From the NCBI RefSeq assembly GCF_009914755.1, contig NC_060938.1: DNA of 64,000 nucleotides; one strand, written 5' to 3'. Below are positions 35,134 through 49,276 of this stretch, in pieces. Positions within the stretch are counted from its first letter, which is position 1, and each line of letters starts with the position of its first letter. The position numbers and the translations under genes are program-made. The stretch is from the human T2T-CHM13v2.0 reference genome, Homo sapiens. Under the pieces are notes generated by a model, which was not told where the DNA came from, did no database searches, and saw nothing but the letters and a program-made list of their open reading frames with translations.

Positions 35134-36165
35134 TCAAAACAAAACAACAACAAAAACCATAACAATATTTGTAAAGCACTTCGCATAATTCCTGAGCAAG
35201 CACTCAATAAATATTAGCTATCATTATTTCTCTTTATTCAAGAAGTATTTTTTGAGCAGCTATTATATGCCAGATACTGTGTTAGGGGCTAGAGAGTCAT
35301 TGATGAGTAAAATAGGCAAGGTGTCTGCCTTCTTGGAGTGGGGAGATAGACATTAAATGAATTCATTTAATTCAACAATTAACAGCTATTAGGATCAGGC
35401 TTCTCTAACTCCTTGGGGGTACATCAGTGAATAAAACAAAGATCCCTACTCTTGTGGAACTTAATTTTTAGAAATTAGCCCAAATGCTTTCTAAATAAAT
35501 GTATTACTAGAAATGGTGGTAAGTGCTAATCATGAAAAGCCTAGGGTGGAATGAGGGCTTCTAAAAGGTTCCTAATTCAGCCTGGCTGCTGGGGAAAGTC
35601 CTTTATGTGGATGTGACATTTTAAGTTTGAGATCTAGATAAAAAGTAGGCTGAACTGAGACGAAGAGTGGGAGGTGGAGGCAGAGAACATATGTATAATG
35701 CTAGTAGCTCATATTTAATTCCATGTTCCATGCCTTTTCACAAACGTTCTAGAGGACAGGACTGCCAAAGATGAGAGGAGATTCCTGCATCCGAAGTTTG
35801 CAATCAGGCCGGGTGCAGTGGCTCATGCCTGTAATCCCAGCACTTTGGGAGGCGGAGGTGGAAGGATTGCTTGAGCCCAGGAGTTCAAGACCAGCCTGGG
35901 CAATATAGGGAGATCCTGCCTCTCTCTCTCTCCCCCAACCCTGCCTCTCTTTTAAAGACATTCCCAATCAGATTGAATTTAGTTCTCAGCTCCAGGATGC
36001 ATGGCAGCAGCTGCCTAGTTTTTGCCTTCTCAGGAATCACTGACAGTTGGCAGTTGCCACCTCAGCTTCCCTTGGTCCCCATTACCTGGAACAATCAGTC
36101 CCAACTACGCTAGGAATGACCTCTCTGTAGCTAGGTGTGGTGGTGTGCGCCTGTAATCCCAGCTA

Positions 36166-36333
<168 letters not shown>

Positions 36334-37480
36334 TTACTTGCCTTAGTGAGTGTCACCCTAGGGCCCCCAGAAATATGTCAGCATACATTTGCTGCTGGAT
36401 TTAAATAATCTAGGGTGGGCTGAATAATCAATCTTTGAGAGTTGAACTAGCTTCTGAGCTACAAACATGCACATAATCCTTTAGCCCACTTTTCCTTTGC
36501 TACTGAATTTTCTCTAATTTAAGTTTTAAAGCTCTTCTTAGGTCATTTCCACCAGCAAGCTTTCAAGCCCTGGTTCATATTCTAGCTTAGAAATAGTTCA
36601 CATAGTTCTGTGTAGACATAATATTTACGGGAACCAGAGATGGGTGGATTCTGATAGTGGCTTGTGGAATAGTCTCCAGTGCAGTCAAAATAACAAAGAA
36701 TTTGAGAAGCAAATGCTTTGAGAGTCTAGTTTCCCATAAACTTCTCAAATATACAGGCTTAAATCCTGTGTAAGGATCAGCAGAATCCAGGAAAGTAGGG
36801 CCCTGTTTGAGAAAGCCTTGGTTTGTTCACTGTTTGCTGTTTTACAGCACAAATTCTGAACTCTGTTTATTGTCAACAGCTCTCTAACAAAGGACACAAT
36901 GGAATGTGCCTGTTTTCAAATTCCTGTAAAAAAGGGCCCTGGAAGACCTCCAAGCCTGGTGTCGGTGATTTACTTCACTATTTTTCAGTGATTTCACTTA
37001 AGACTCTAAGCTTTTGAGAGAGTTCTTACCAATCATCAACATTAGTGTGGAGCTACGTATAAGAAGGATCTAGATGGGCTGTAATTGAGTGAGAATAAAA
37101 TACAACTATCCATATCCTGTTGGAAGTGTAGGGACAGCTAGGGAGGAAAGTGAGCTGGGAGTAGCTGGGAACTTTTTACATTTAGTAGCACTGATCCAAA
37201 GATCTGGAGGGAGGAGGAGATTGCTGTTGGTAAGTCAGGCAGTAGGGTTTGAGGTGCACCTTGCAAAGACGGCTGGTTTCAAAGGTGTGGGGGCATTGGC
37301 ACTTATGTTTCTCAGTACATAACCTTACATTGGGAAGCATCTCCTCTGCCCTGAATACCCTGCTCCTTGTTCTTCCATGGCTAGTTCCTTGCTATCATTT
37401 GCTTCTCATGGAAATTGTCTCCTTCTTCTACCCAGTCCAAAGTAGCAACACACTTCTTCACAACATATTCTTCCATTTTA

Positions 37481-37819
<339 letters not shown>

Positions 37820-39069
37820 TTACTTTTATCTGACATTTTTGTTTTCTTATTAATTCATTACTGGACTATAAGCTTCATGTTGGTAGGAAGCTTGCCTGTT
37901 TACTGTGGAGTCTAGTGACTGGTACATAGTAGGTGCTCAATAAAAGTGATGAATGAGTAGCAAGGAATAGGATAATTGACTTTGTACAATTTGAGTTAAG
38001 AAGGGATTAACTTTGCAGCGTCCATACAAAGTAACTGTAGGTAATTGGTTTTTTTCTGACCCTTATACAAGGTAATAATATTTTGAGGTATGTGAAAGTC
38101 ATTTCTTTCCTGGAAAGAATTCTGAAACCAATGGAAAAATAGAAAGCAGGCTAGAGATATCTGATAAGAATACGACTGAATTAATCTCAAACTAGATGTG
38201 TGAAATAAATGCCTCAGGGCTGCTCTTATCTAAATGTAAATCTAAAACATCTTAATCTGAAATTCCTCAGCTTTCTGCATTATTCTCTGGTCATTTTACC
38301 ATATGGGCCAGAAATGGGTAAGAAGTATAGAAATTATGACCTGGGGCTTGGAGCTGTTGTTTGGTGAAACCGTTGATTTCGTGGGCCAATGAGTAGAGTG
38401 CTAGTTGAAGAACTTTTTTTTTTTTTCTTCCATTTCCCCAGCCTATTTCATAACCTCTTACTTCCTTCTTTTCCAAATTCTAAGCTCAGACAGACATCAG
38501 CTGGATGAAGCCCCAGGTTCAAACAAACTTGCCTTGGATATCAAAGTACTAGTAGCAAAGGAACTCCCAATTCCTCACCTGCTGTGAAGTTTCCCATTCA
38601 CTGCAAGCAAAGTCCAGGTGAAAGCAAAGATTCTTCACCCGCAGAAACCCTCTGGGCAGGTAACTCATGATGTATTCCCAGCCACCTGATGAATCTGGAG
38701 AAAGGAATAGAATGGTTCTGCCAAATGATTTAAATGAAGAATCCTGTGGGCCCAGCCCAGCCCTCTATGCTAACCAATCTGAAGCCGGCAGGTGTGTGGT
38801 GTTCTGTTTATAGCTGCCAGATCAGCTCCTGTTGTAGGTTCTATATGCTGGCCTCAGCTGAGCCTGTGGTATGTGAGCACAGTTCTGTGCGATCCAAACA
38901 ATTGACAAATACTGACCTGGCCCCAGCCACGTGCCCAGTCATTGCTGGGCTGCCCAAGAAACCAACTAAGCACATTCTGGGGCAGGGGTGGGGGGCATTC
39001 AAGAAAGAAATCAGAAAGCTGTATTCATTATTCTATTGACTGAAGGCTTAGTATTGTGTCAGGCACTGA

Positions 39070-39397
<328 letters not shown>

Positions 39398-39622
39398 TGA
39401 CCTCCAGTGATCTGCCTCCCTCAGCCTCCCAAAGTGCTGGGATTACAGGCGTGAGCCACTGCACCCGGATGAGTTTTACTTTTTTAAATAAAAATGTATT
39501 TTACAACGCAGTGTTGCTTTTGTTTTTAATTACTTGAAAGGACACCATAATCATTTCACTATTAGGGCCATAAATGTTTACTGTGGCCCTGTGGCCAGCA
39601 CTTTTAAACTAAAAATTGGTTA

Positions 39623-39919
<297 letters not shown>

Positions 39920-39943
39920 CTAGGTGATAGAGTGAGACTCTGA

Positions 39944-39979
<36 letters not shown>

Positions 39980-40141
39980 CATTTTGAATTAGGCTAAATT
40001 TGTGTAAAAGAAAGGATCTGGGGTGTAACCAACCTCAGGTAAAGTTTCTCATTGTGCTAATCATTGTTTTGGGGTGGGGTGGTTGTGGATTTAAAACTAA
40101 AGCATCCCGTACGATCTTGTGCGGTAGGTAGTGGAAACATT

Positions 40142-40179
40142 TACTACACTTGATCTTAGCCAAAAGGCCAAGAAGTGAT
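40142..40179 (-). pseudogene. U2 snRNA 5' fragment (nt 1-38), tailless retropseudogene
   Basis: Minus strand reads ATCACTTCTTGGCCTTTTGGCTAAGATCAAGTGTAGTA, i.e. the U2 5' end with two CpG-type changes. Flanked by the duplication GTGGAAACATTTA (40131-40143 / 40183-40195). Confidence 0.9.
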
Positions 40180-40227
40180 TATGTGGAAACATTTAGACAG
40201 CAGGTGTGATGGGTCTTTGTAGTTCTA

Positions 40228-40488
<261 letters not shown>

Positions 40489-40549
40489 TCACCTGAGGTT
40501 AGGAGTTTGAGACCAGCTTGACCAACATGGTGAAACTCCGTCTCTACTA

Positions 40550-40732
<183 letters not shown>

Positions 40733-41022
40733 TTAGCTGGGCATAGTGGCACATGCCTATAATCCCAGCTACTCGGGAGGCTGAGGCAAGAGAATCGCTT
40801 GAACCTGGGAGGCAGAGGTTGCAGACTGCATTCCAGCCTGGGCGACAGAGCGAGACTCTGTCTCAAAAAAAAAAAAAAAAAAAGAAATTGCTGACTAGGA
40901 TTTTGGTTTCCTAACCTGAGAAGGATAGAGGTAATAAACCACCCATCAAAGCTCTCTGTCCAGAAAGGGAATCCATGCTGCCTTCTCCGTCACAAGGACA
41001 ATAACTGATGAACCTCTGTTTA

Positions 41023-41205
<183 letters not shown>

Positions 41206-41339
41206 CTACTTGGGAGGCTGAGGCAAGATGATCGCCTGAGCCCAGGAGGTCGAGGCTGCAGTGAGCGACCGCATCCTAGCCTGGGTGACAGAGTGAGACC
41301 CTGTCTCAAAAAAATAAATAAACAAAAATAAAAATATAC

Positions 41340-41860
41340 GTTTATTCTACAAGGATTTGAGTGCCTTGGTGTCAGGAAGCATGGTACTGAGGATAGATAA
41401 CTGCTAAATAAGACAGATAAGGTCCCTGCTCTTGTGGAGCTTACGGACTAGTTGACGATGGCAATGAAACAGTACATAAATGGACAGGGTAATGTAGTGA
41501 TAAGTGCTAGATAGAAAAGAAAACCAGGTAACATGACAGAAAGTGACTGAAGGGCAAAGGAGTTTGCAACAATGGATGGGGAAGACAGGAGGGGCTTCCT
41601 GGAGAAGGTGACATTTGAGCAGATGTTGGTCAGGAGGAAGAGTCAACTTGTCAAGGTCTGTGAGGAAGAGGGAAGAGTGGGTACAGAGGCCCAGAGGCAG
41701 AAGCAGCTTGGCATATTTGAGGGAGAGAAAGGCCAATGTAGCTGGAGTGGAGTGCAGGAAAGTGGTTCAAGGTAAGGTTGGAAGGCAAGGCAGAGGCTGA
41801 AGCCTGTGGACTGGGAATCCTCATAAGAAGTGTAGATTTTTATCTAAGTGTCATTCTGTA
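41340..41860 (-). mobile_element. L2 (LINE-2) 3' fragment
   Basis: GTCCCTGCTCTTGTGGAGCTTAC..GGCTTCCTGGAGAAGGTGACATTTGAGC, typical of antisense L2. Confidence 0.65.
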
Positions 41861-42313
41861 AACTGACCTCTAAACAGGTTTGGGGGGATAACAGTTCTGT
41901 TTGGTGTTCTGATTTAATTCAGAGCCCCCCGAGGTGGGAGAGTAGACTCTGCCAGTGTATAATCTGCCCTTGTCCTAACTGATTACCTCACAGTCTGGGA
42001 TGGGCCAGAGTTTAAAGATGGAATTCTTCAGAAGAGTCATTTTGGGAATTTCACCATCAATCTCTAACTCAGTACTCCAGAGTAATAAAACATCCGTGGA
42101 GAAATCAGACCTCACCTGGGAGTTACAATAGAAAGTTTTCTTTTGGAACACAATCATGTACTAAACTAAGACAAAAAGTTGTCACATCTGAGGATGAAAT
42201 TACGAGTTCTAGATCAGAGGGCAGCCTAAATGAATTCATACATACTAGTCAGTATTTTCCTGGTTTGGGAAAGGGGAATTTCTTTGGCATTACAATGGCC
42301 AATGTCTCTTTTA

Positions 42314-42652
<339 letters not shown>

Positions 42653-42699
42653 TCAGTATAGGGAGAGAGAGAGAAAAAAAAGATTTGTCTTGTTGAGTA

Positions 42700-43500
42700 A
42701 GAGTAAGGTCATGGATGACATGGTGTGACCTCTGCTGAAGATGTCTTAACACCTCGAATCGCGTCATGTGGCAGCTTCTTCTAGCCACCCCTGGCCCTGC
42801 ACATGGTGATTATGAGATTTTTCTCATTGGATGGGAGCCCTGGAATTGAGGTTTCTTGGGGTGTGTTTTTGTCCTGTAGGTTTAGTGACGTCGACGGGGT
42901 TCCTTTGGAATTTCAGCAGCTAAGTCCGCCGGAGCTGCAGAAGGTCAGCTCAGGACATCGGAGGAGCTGACAGCCTGGAGAAGCTGTGCTTGTCTGCTGG
43001 TAGGGAGCACTTGTTTCTAAAGCAAGATTCTGCAACACTGACAGAACCAGTTTCCCATACTGCTGGTGGCTGCAAAAGATGTTTCAGGCTTGGGCTGCAG
43101 TGTGCCTGTCTTTGGCACTGCCACTGTTCCCCAGTTTCCTCAGCTCCAGATGGAGCATGTCTCAGGGACCACACAGAGCTTTGTTTAAATGCTCACATTA
43201 GCAGAAGGACGGGGATCCCATTGAATCATCCTCTCCTGTCAAAAAGCCAAGAGTTGTTCAGAAGGAAAAAACAGTTTTTCTCAAAGAGGCTAAATCTCTA
43301 GTACTAATTAGTTGCAGTAGTGGCATGTGTGTGTGTGTGGGGGGGGGGTGGCATGGTAATCTTGTGCCTCCAGTGTTCTAAATAGGGGCAATCTTTTTGC
43401 TCACGGTCTGAGCCATCGAATGAGTAACCTCGACCTCCTAAGACCCTTCACTGGGCTCACGTGTGTGTGAGTCCCACAGGAATTGTGGAATGCCTCTTTC
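42700..43500. promoter_or_regulatory. Putative FOS enhancer (~-5 kb)
   Basis: CGCGTCAT 42760, TGACGTCG 42886, TTCTAAATAG 43376, TGAGTAA 43421, CACGTG 43458; repeat-free with retained CpGs. Confidence 0.5.
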
Positions 43501-45605
43501 TCTTGTTGGGTCCAGACATTTAGAATGAATAAATTAAAGGGTAGTGGTAACATGGTCATTGTCATTGCAGACAATGTGGTATTTATATATGGGCACTAGC
43601 TGTCTTTCTCATGGGGCTCAGGAACAAGGGTAAGTTTGATCTTTCATCATGAACCACTGGGGTGTTCTTTATACACAGAGGCTGTACCAGCTGAAAATAG
43701 CCCAAACATCTTGTAATTTTGTCTTTCCCAATTTTTGCCTATTCATATCCCAGAATAAAAGAGCCTGTTCAGCCTTTCCAAAGATTTAAAGAACATTATC
43801 TATTTGCTTTCTAAGTACCCAAAAAGCACAACCGTCTACATTCACCTTGGCTGGATGAGGACATGCATTCATTCATCCATTCAAGAGATATTTATTGCCA
43901 GACCTGGTGGCTCACGCCTGTAATCTCGGCACTTTGGGAGGCAGAGGTGGGAGGATCACTTGAGGCCAGGAGCTTAAGGCTAGCCTGGGCAACATAGCGA
44001 GACCCCATCTCTACAAAAAATAAAAAATTAGCTGGGCATGGTGGTATGTGCCTGTGGTCCTAGCTACTTGGGAGGCTGAGGTAGGGGCATTGAGCCTAGG
44101 AGTTCAAGGCTGCAGTGAGCTATAATCACACCACTGCACTCCAGCCTGGGTAACAGAGTGAGACCCTGTCTCAAAAAAAAAGAAAGAAAAAGAAAAAGAA
44201 AAGGGGTATTTATTGAACACCTACTATGTTTCAGGCACTGTGCTAGATCCTAAGTGAATATCAGCACATGAACAAGACAAAGGCGAAAAGTTACCAAACA
44301 AGTCTAAGTTGATTTCGGTATATGCATCTTCCTGACTTCTGGTCCCGTGCTTTGACCACAACCCTTCACCACTAGACCAGACTTCCCCAAATAAACAACT
44401 ACTTCTGCATGCTGGGGATGGGCTGTGTGCGGCAGCATTTACGTAGGCGGTACAGACAGCAGCCTTTCACTTAATGTTGCAATAACACCAGGCTAAACAA
44501 TGTGCACTGACTTCAAAAGTGTGGGGTCAGGTCTCCTTCAAGTGCCACAGGGAGAGTGCAAAGTAGGAAAAGTCTATCGGATGAGGAAACACTGTAGAGG
44601 GAAAGTGAATTTTTTTTCAATTTGGGTTAAAATTCAGATGTGGAATTCTACCCTCCTTTTCACTTTTGGATCCCCAGATAGGAGGAACTCAGCACATAGA
44701 TAATCATGAACTACACACATTTTGGTTTTATATGCTCAGACTTGTCCAGAGCATGAAATCCCTGCCCTGTTGGAAGGCAGCGCCGTGCTCACGGAGGCAC
44801 ACAAGCACCTGTCTCAAAGTCACCCTGACCTGCAGATCTGCAAATGGCAAAAATAATTTCACATGTTTGTTCTGATTTGTCTTCATTTTTAGGCTACCTT
44901 GTGTGAGCTCCACTTTTTAGAATGTGATTTTGCAGTCCTGAAATGGATACCATGAGCAGATTGAGATGTGAGAATATGTTAGAATGATCACAGGTTCGGA
45001 TGTTAGTGGGGCAGGAGAGGGAGTCTGAGATTGTATTGGCCTATACTGTGGCTTCTGGTTGAGCACTTGGTTTGCCTGGATGATGCTCTGGCCTTACTCA
45101 ATCTTTATCATTCCATTATCCAGAGGACAGAGGATCTGAGCCCCATCTCTGTATTGCAGTCACCTCCTCTGGGACCTGTTTCCAAGCCTTCTTCTGTGTT
45201 GCCTGGCACCCCTTTCTTACCTCTTTCAAACCACTTACTGCTACCCTGTAAGCTCGATTGACTTGTTGGTCTTCCTATGAGACTGGAATCTCTCTGAGGG
45301 TCGGGACAGGCCTACCCTCTTCATTACAGTGAGCACCAGCCTCCAGCCCAGTCAATAGTTTTGTTAAATAAATAATTGAACAAAATTATTTGTTAAATAA
45401 TGGTTTGTCCTTTCCAGAGGATGGACTTAGTTTGTCCTTTCCAGAGGATGGATTTAGTAAGTCTCCAACTCTGGTCATAATGGTGCCAGAAGGAAAGAGT
45501 TAAGCTATCTGGAGGAAATAGGCTCACTCAAAGACCCTTCTTCTTTTTTTTTTTTTTAATTGGCAAAGGCAGGATAAGTGTATTTGAGATAAATCCTGGA
45601 TATAA

Positions 45606-45858
<253 letters not shown>

Positions 45859-46889
45859 TAGCAGGGACAGAGTTTCACCATGATGGCCAAGCTGGTCTCG
45901 AACTCCTGGCCTCAAGTGATCCACCCGCCTCGGGCTCCCAAAGTGCAGGAATTACAGGAGTGAGCCACCGCACCCAGTCAGGTTTCCTGTTAAGTGGCCT
46001 GAGATCTAGTTGTGAATGGCAGTCATGGCCAGACTCAGGAATTCAAAGCTTGACCTATTTTGTCTGAAGCTAATATTAATAATAAGAGAGATGTATTTGG
46101 CTTCATAACCCCTTTCCCTCCCGTCCCCCTCTTTCTTTCTGTAATCAAGGATAGAATTAGAAGTACCGAAGGCCGCAGAATTGCTTTAGGATTCAGAGCA
46201 GCTCCAAGGAATCTGTGTTTACGTATTATGTGTGTTTTTCCGTTTCCCTCCCTTTTTATGAGTGAGAAAAAAAAGCGCCTAAATTCCCACCAACATAAAC
46301 CAATGACATACAATGATGAAATTCTGTTTTCACCTCTGCCTGTGACAGGGAATGCAAAAATAGCAAGTGGCCCAGTTCCACGAATCCCCGCCTCCTGCCC
46401 TCCCCGCTCCTGCCGGGTTGGATCTCTAAGAATGGAGGTTAGCGCACAGCCTCGCGCGGGCCGCTCAGCCCCCGGACCCGGCGGATGATGTCAGGCGACG
46501 GGAGCGGCCGCGGCCGGGCCGGGGAGGCCGCGGCCCAGGGGAGCTGGGAGGGAGGGTGGCCTCGCCAGGCCGACGGCGCGCCCGGCCGCGCGGCGTTGCC
46601 TGGAGACGGCCCTGGCGGCGCTGTGTTGCTGTAAACAGCCGCTTCCCTGTTACTATCTATAGCAGGATCTCCTGGCTCCCGGGCGCGGCGGCTGGAGGCA
46701 GGTCTGCGGTCCGGCTCCCCGCGCGCCCCGAACTATCCGCCCGCCGGCCTCATCCTGCCTCGCCCCTCTCCAGGTGCCCACCGCGGGCCCCGACCCCCGG
46801 GCCCGAAGAGTGGAGAAGGGAAGACCGGGGCTGTGCGGGGACATGCGTCTTCGCGCCCTGGAGGTGGCCAGCGCGCTGGGGCTGAGCCC

Positions 46890-46902
46890 CGGCAGCGTGA
46901 CC
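46890..46902 (+). promoter_or_regulatory. Imperfect estrogen response element upstream of FOS
   Basis: CGGCAGCGTGACC: one perfect TGACC half-site with a 3-nt spacer. Matches my recollection of the reported human c-fos ERE. Confidence 0.6.
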
Positions 46903-47879
46903 CCGGCTGTCCTACGCAGCAGGGCAGGAGATTGGGGGGCGTGGCACACTCTGGAGCACCTTGCCTCCCCAAAGCCCCGTGTTCCAGGACGTGGAGCCGC
47001 TCCTGGGGTCCCAGCAGTCGAGGTATTCCGCCCAGGCGCAGCTGGACACTGTCCTTCCAGCCCCCGTCCTCCACCCTCCAAGTCCGCGCTGGAAAATCAC
47101 CCGCTGCGGGCTCCCGTAAGCACAGCTTCCTGGCGGGACCGAACCAGCCCTCAGCGCAGATTTGAGTTCCCCGCAGGAAGCACACCCCGCCTTGTCATCC
47201 CGAACTGACCACCCTGCCCACATAACCACACCTCGCACTCCCTACCCCTGGGGCCCAGCTCAGAACCGGGCAGACACCCCCTTCAAATGTCTTCGCACGT
47301 AGGTTTTGCACAGTGTTTATCTGCTGGTGTCTCAGGGATTTGACAGTTTCCTTAATATTCCCACACATGGCCGAGAAAAATAAATAAATAAATGCGCTGT
47401 CTTCTTTAAAAAAATAAATAAATAAAGTACCCAGTATCGTAAAGTAGGTTATCGTATTCTCTTATTTTGGATCCTCCACTTTCTGCTTCCAAACGCAGGA
47501 ACAGTGCTAGTATTGCTCGAGCCCGAGGGCTGGAGGTTAGGGGATGAAGGTCTGCTTCCACGCTTTGCACTGAATTAGGGCTAGAATTGGGGATGGGGGT
47601 AGGGGCGCATTCCTTCGGGAGCCGAGGCTTAAGTCCTCGGGGTCCTGTACTCGATGCCGTTTCTCCTATCTCTGAGCCTCAGAACTGTCTTCAGTTTCCG
47701 TACAAGGGTAAAAAGGCGCTCTCTGCCCCATCCCCCCCGACCTCGGGAACAAGGGTCCGCATTGAACCAGGTGCGAATGTTCTCTCTCATTCTGCGCCGT
47801 TCCCGCCTCCCCTCCCCCAGCCGCGGCCCCCGCCTCCCCCCGCACTGCACCCTCGGTGTTGGCTGCAGCCCGCGAGCAG

Positions 47880-47889
47880 TTCCCGTCAA
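47880..47889 (+). promoter_or_regulatory. SIE (sis-inducible element, STAT1/3 site)
   Basis: TTCCCGTCAA ~345 bp upstream of the TSS; classical c-fos element. Confidence 0.93.
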
Positions 47890-47905
47890 TCCCTCCCCCC
47901 TTACA

Positions 47906-47935
47906 CAGGATGTCCATATTAGGACATCTGCGTCA
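47906..47935 (+). promoter_or_regulatory. Serum response element: Ets (TCF/ELK) site + CArG box + adjacent AP-1/CRE-like (FAP) site
   Basis: CAGGAT 47906-47911; CCATATTAGG 47914-47923 inside the dyad GATGTCC...GGACATC; TGCGTCA 47929-47935. Confidence 0.98.
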
Positions 47936-48128
47936 GCAGGTTTCCACGGCCTTTCCCTGTAGCCCTGGGGGGAGCCATCCCCGAAACCCCTCATCTTGGG
48001 GGGCCCACGAGACCTCTGAGACAGGAACTGCGAAATGCTCACGAGATTAGGACACGCGCCAAGGCGGGGGCAGGGAGCTGCGAGCGCTGGGGACGCAGCC
48101 GGGCGGCCGCAGAAGCGCCCAGGCCCGC

Positions 48129-48150
48129 GCGCCACCCCTCTGGCGCCACC
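48129..48150 (+). promoter_or_regulatory. GCGCCACC direct repeats (c-fos DR/RCE region)
   Basis: GCGCCACC at 48129-48136 and 48143-48150. Confidence 0.7.
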
Positions 48151-48163
48151 GTGGTTGAGCCCG

Positions 48164-48171
48164 TGACGTTT
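48164..48171 (+). promoter_or_regulatory. -60 Ca2+/cAMP response element (CRE)
   Basis: TGACGTTT ~60 bp upstream of the TSS. Confidence 0.95.
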
Positions 48172-48194
48172 ACACTCATTCATAAAACGCTTGT

Positions 48195-48201
48195 TATAAA
48201 A
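48195..48201 (+). promoter_or_regulatory. FOS TATA box
   Basis: TATAAAA ~30 bp upstream of the TSS. Confidence 0.95.
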
Positions 48202-48382
48202 GCAGTGGCTGCGGCGCCTCGTACTCCAACCGCATCTGCAGCGAGCATCTGAGAAGCCAAGACTGAGCCGGCGGCCGCGGCGCAGCGAACGAGCAGTGAC
48301 CGTGCTCCTACCCAGCTCTGCTCCACAGCGCCCACCTGTCTCCGCCCCTCGGCCCCTCGCCCGGCTTTGCCTAACCGCCACG

Positions 48383-48523
48383 ATGATGTTCTCGGGCTTC
48401 AACGCAGACTACGAGGCGTCATCCTCCCGCTGCAGCAGCGCGTCCCCGGCCGGGGATAGCCTCTCTTACTACCACTCACCCGCAGACTCCTTCTCCAGCA
48501 TGGGCTCGCCTGTCAACGCGCAG
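48383..48523 (+). CDS. FOS: c-Fos coding exon 1 ([47 protein letters not shown])
   Basis: Kozak-like CCGCCACGATGATG. 141 nt = 47 codons ending CAG|GTAAGG. Peptide is the c-Fos N-terminus. Confidence 0.99.
48443..48456. promoter_or_regulatory. FIRE palindrome (fos intragenic regulatory element) in exon 1
   Basis: Perfect 14-bp palindrome TCCCCGGCCGGGGA; the name is recalled from the literature. Confidence 0.7.
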
Positions 48524-48989
48524 GTAAGGCTGGCTTCCCGTCGCCGCGGGGCCGGGGGCTTGGGGTCGCGGAGGAGGAGACACCGGGCGGGACGCTCCAG
48601 TAGATGAGTAGGGGGCTCCCTTGTGCCTGGAGGGAGGCTGCCGTGGCCGGAGCGGTGCCGGCTCGGGGGCTCGGGACTTGCTCTGAGCGCACGCACGCTT
48701 GCCATAGTAAGAATTGGTTCCCCCTTCGGGAGGCAGGTTCGTTCTGAGCAACCTCTGGTCTGCACTCCAGGACGGATCTCTGACATTAGCTGGAGCAGAC
48801 GTGTCCCAAGCACAAACTCGCTAACTAGAGCCTGGCTTCTCCGGGGAGGTGGCAGAAAGCGGCAATCCCCCCTCCCCCGGCAGCCTGGAGCACGGAGGAG
48901 GGATGAGGGAGGAGGGTGCAGCGGGCGGGTGTGTAAGGCAGTTTCATTGATAAAAAGCGAGTTCATTCTGGAGACTCCGGAGCGGCGCC

Positions 48990-49021
48990 TGCGTCAGCGC
49001 AGACGTCAGGGATATTTATAA
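48990..49021 (+). promoter_or_regulatory. Intron-1 AP-1/CRE + TATA-like module (intronic promoter / elongation control region)
   Basis: TGCGTCA 48990-48996, GACGTCA 49002-49008, TATTTATAA 49013-49021. Confidence 0.7.
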
Positions 49022-49276
49022 CAAACCCCCTTTCAAGCAAGTGATGCTGAAGGGATAACGGGAACGCAGCGGCAGGATGGAAGAGACAGGCACTGCGCTG
49101 CGGAATGCCTGGGAGGAAAAGGGGGAGACCTTTCATCCAGGATGAGGGACATTTAAGATGAAATGTCCGTGGCAGGATCGTTTCTCTTCACTGCTGCATG
49201 CGGCACTGGGAACTCGCCCCACCTGTGTCCGGAACCTGCTCGCTCACGTCGGCTTTCCCCTTCTGTTTTGTTCTAG

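Noticed and set aside
47629-48402. 257-aa ORF antisense to the FOS promoter and 5'UTR, plus the 100-165-aa ORFs across 46.0-49.7 kb
   Set aside because: Stop-poor GC-rich CpG-island sequence with Arg/Gly/Pro/Ala-biased translation and no recognisable domain; many begin at non-ATG codons.
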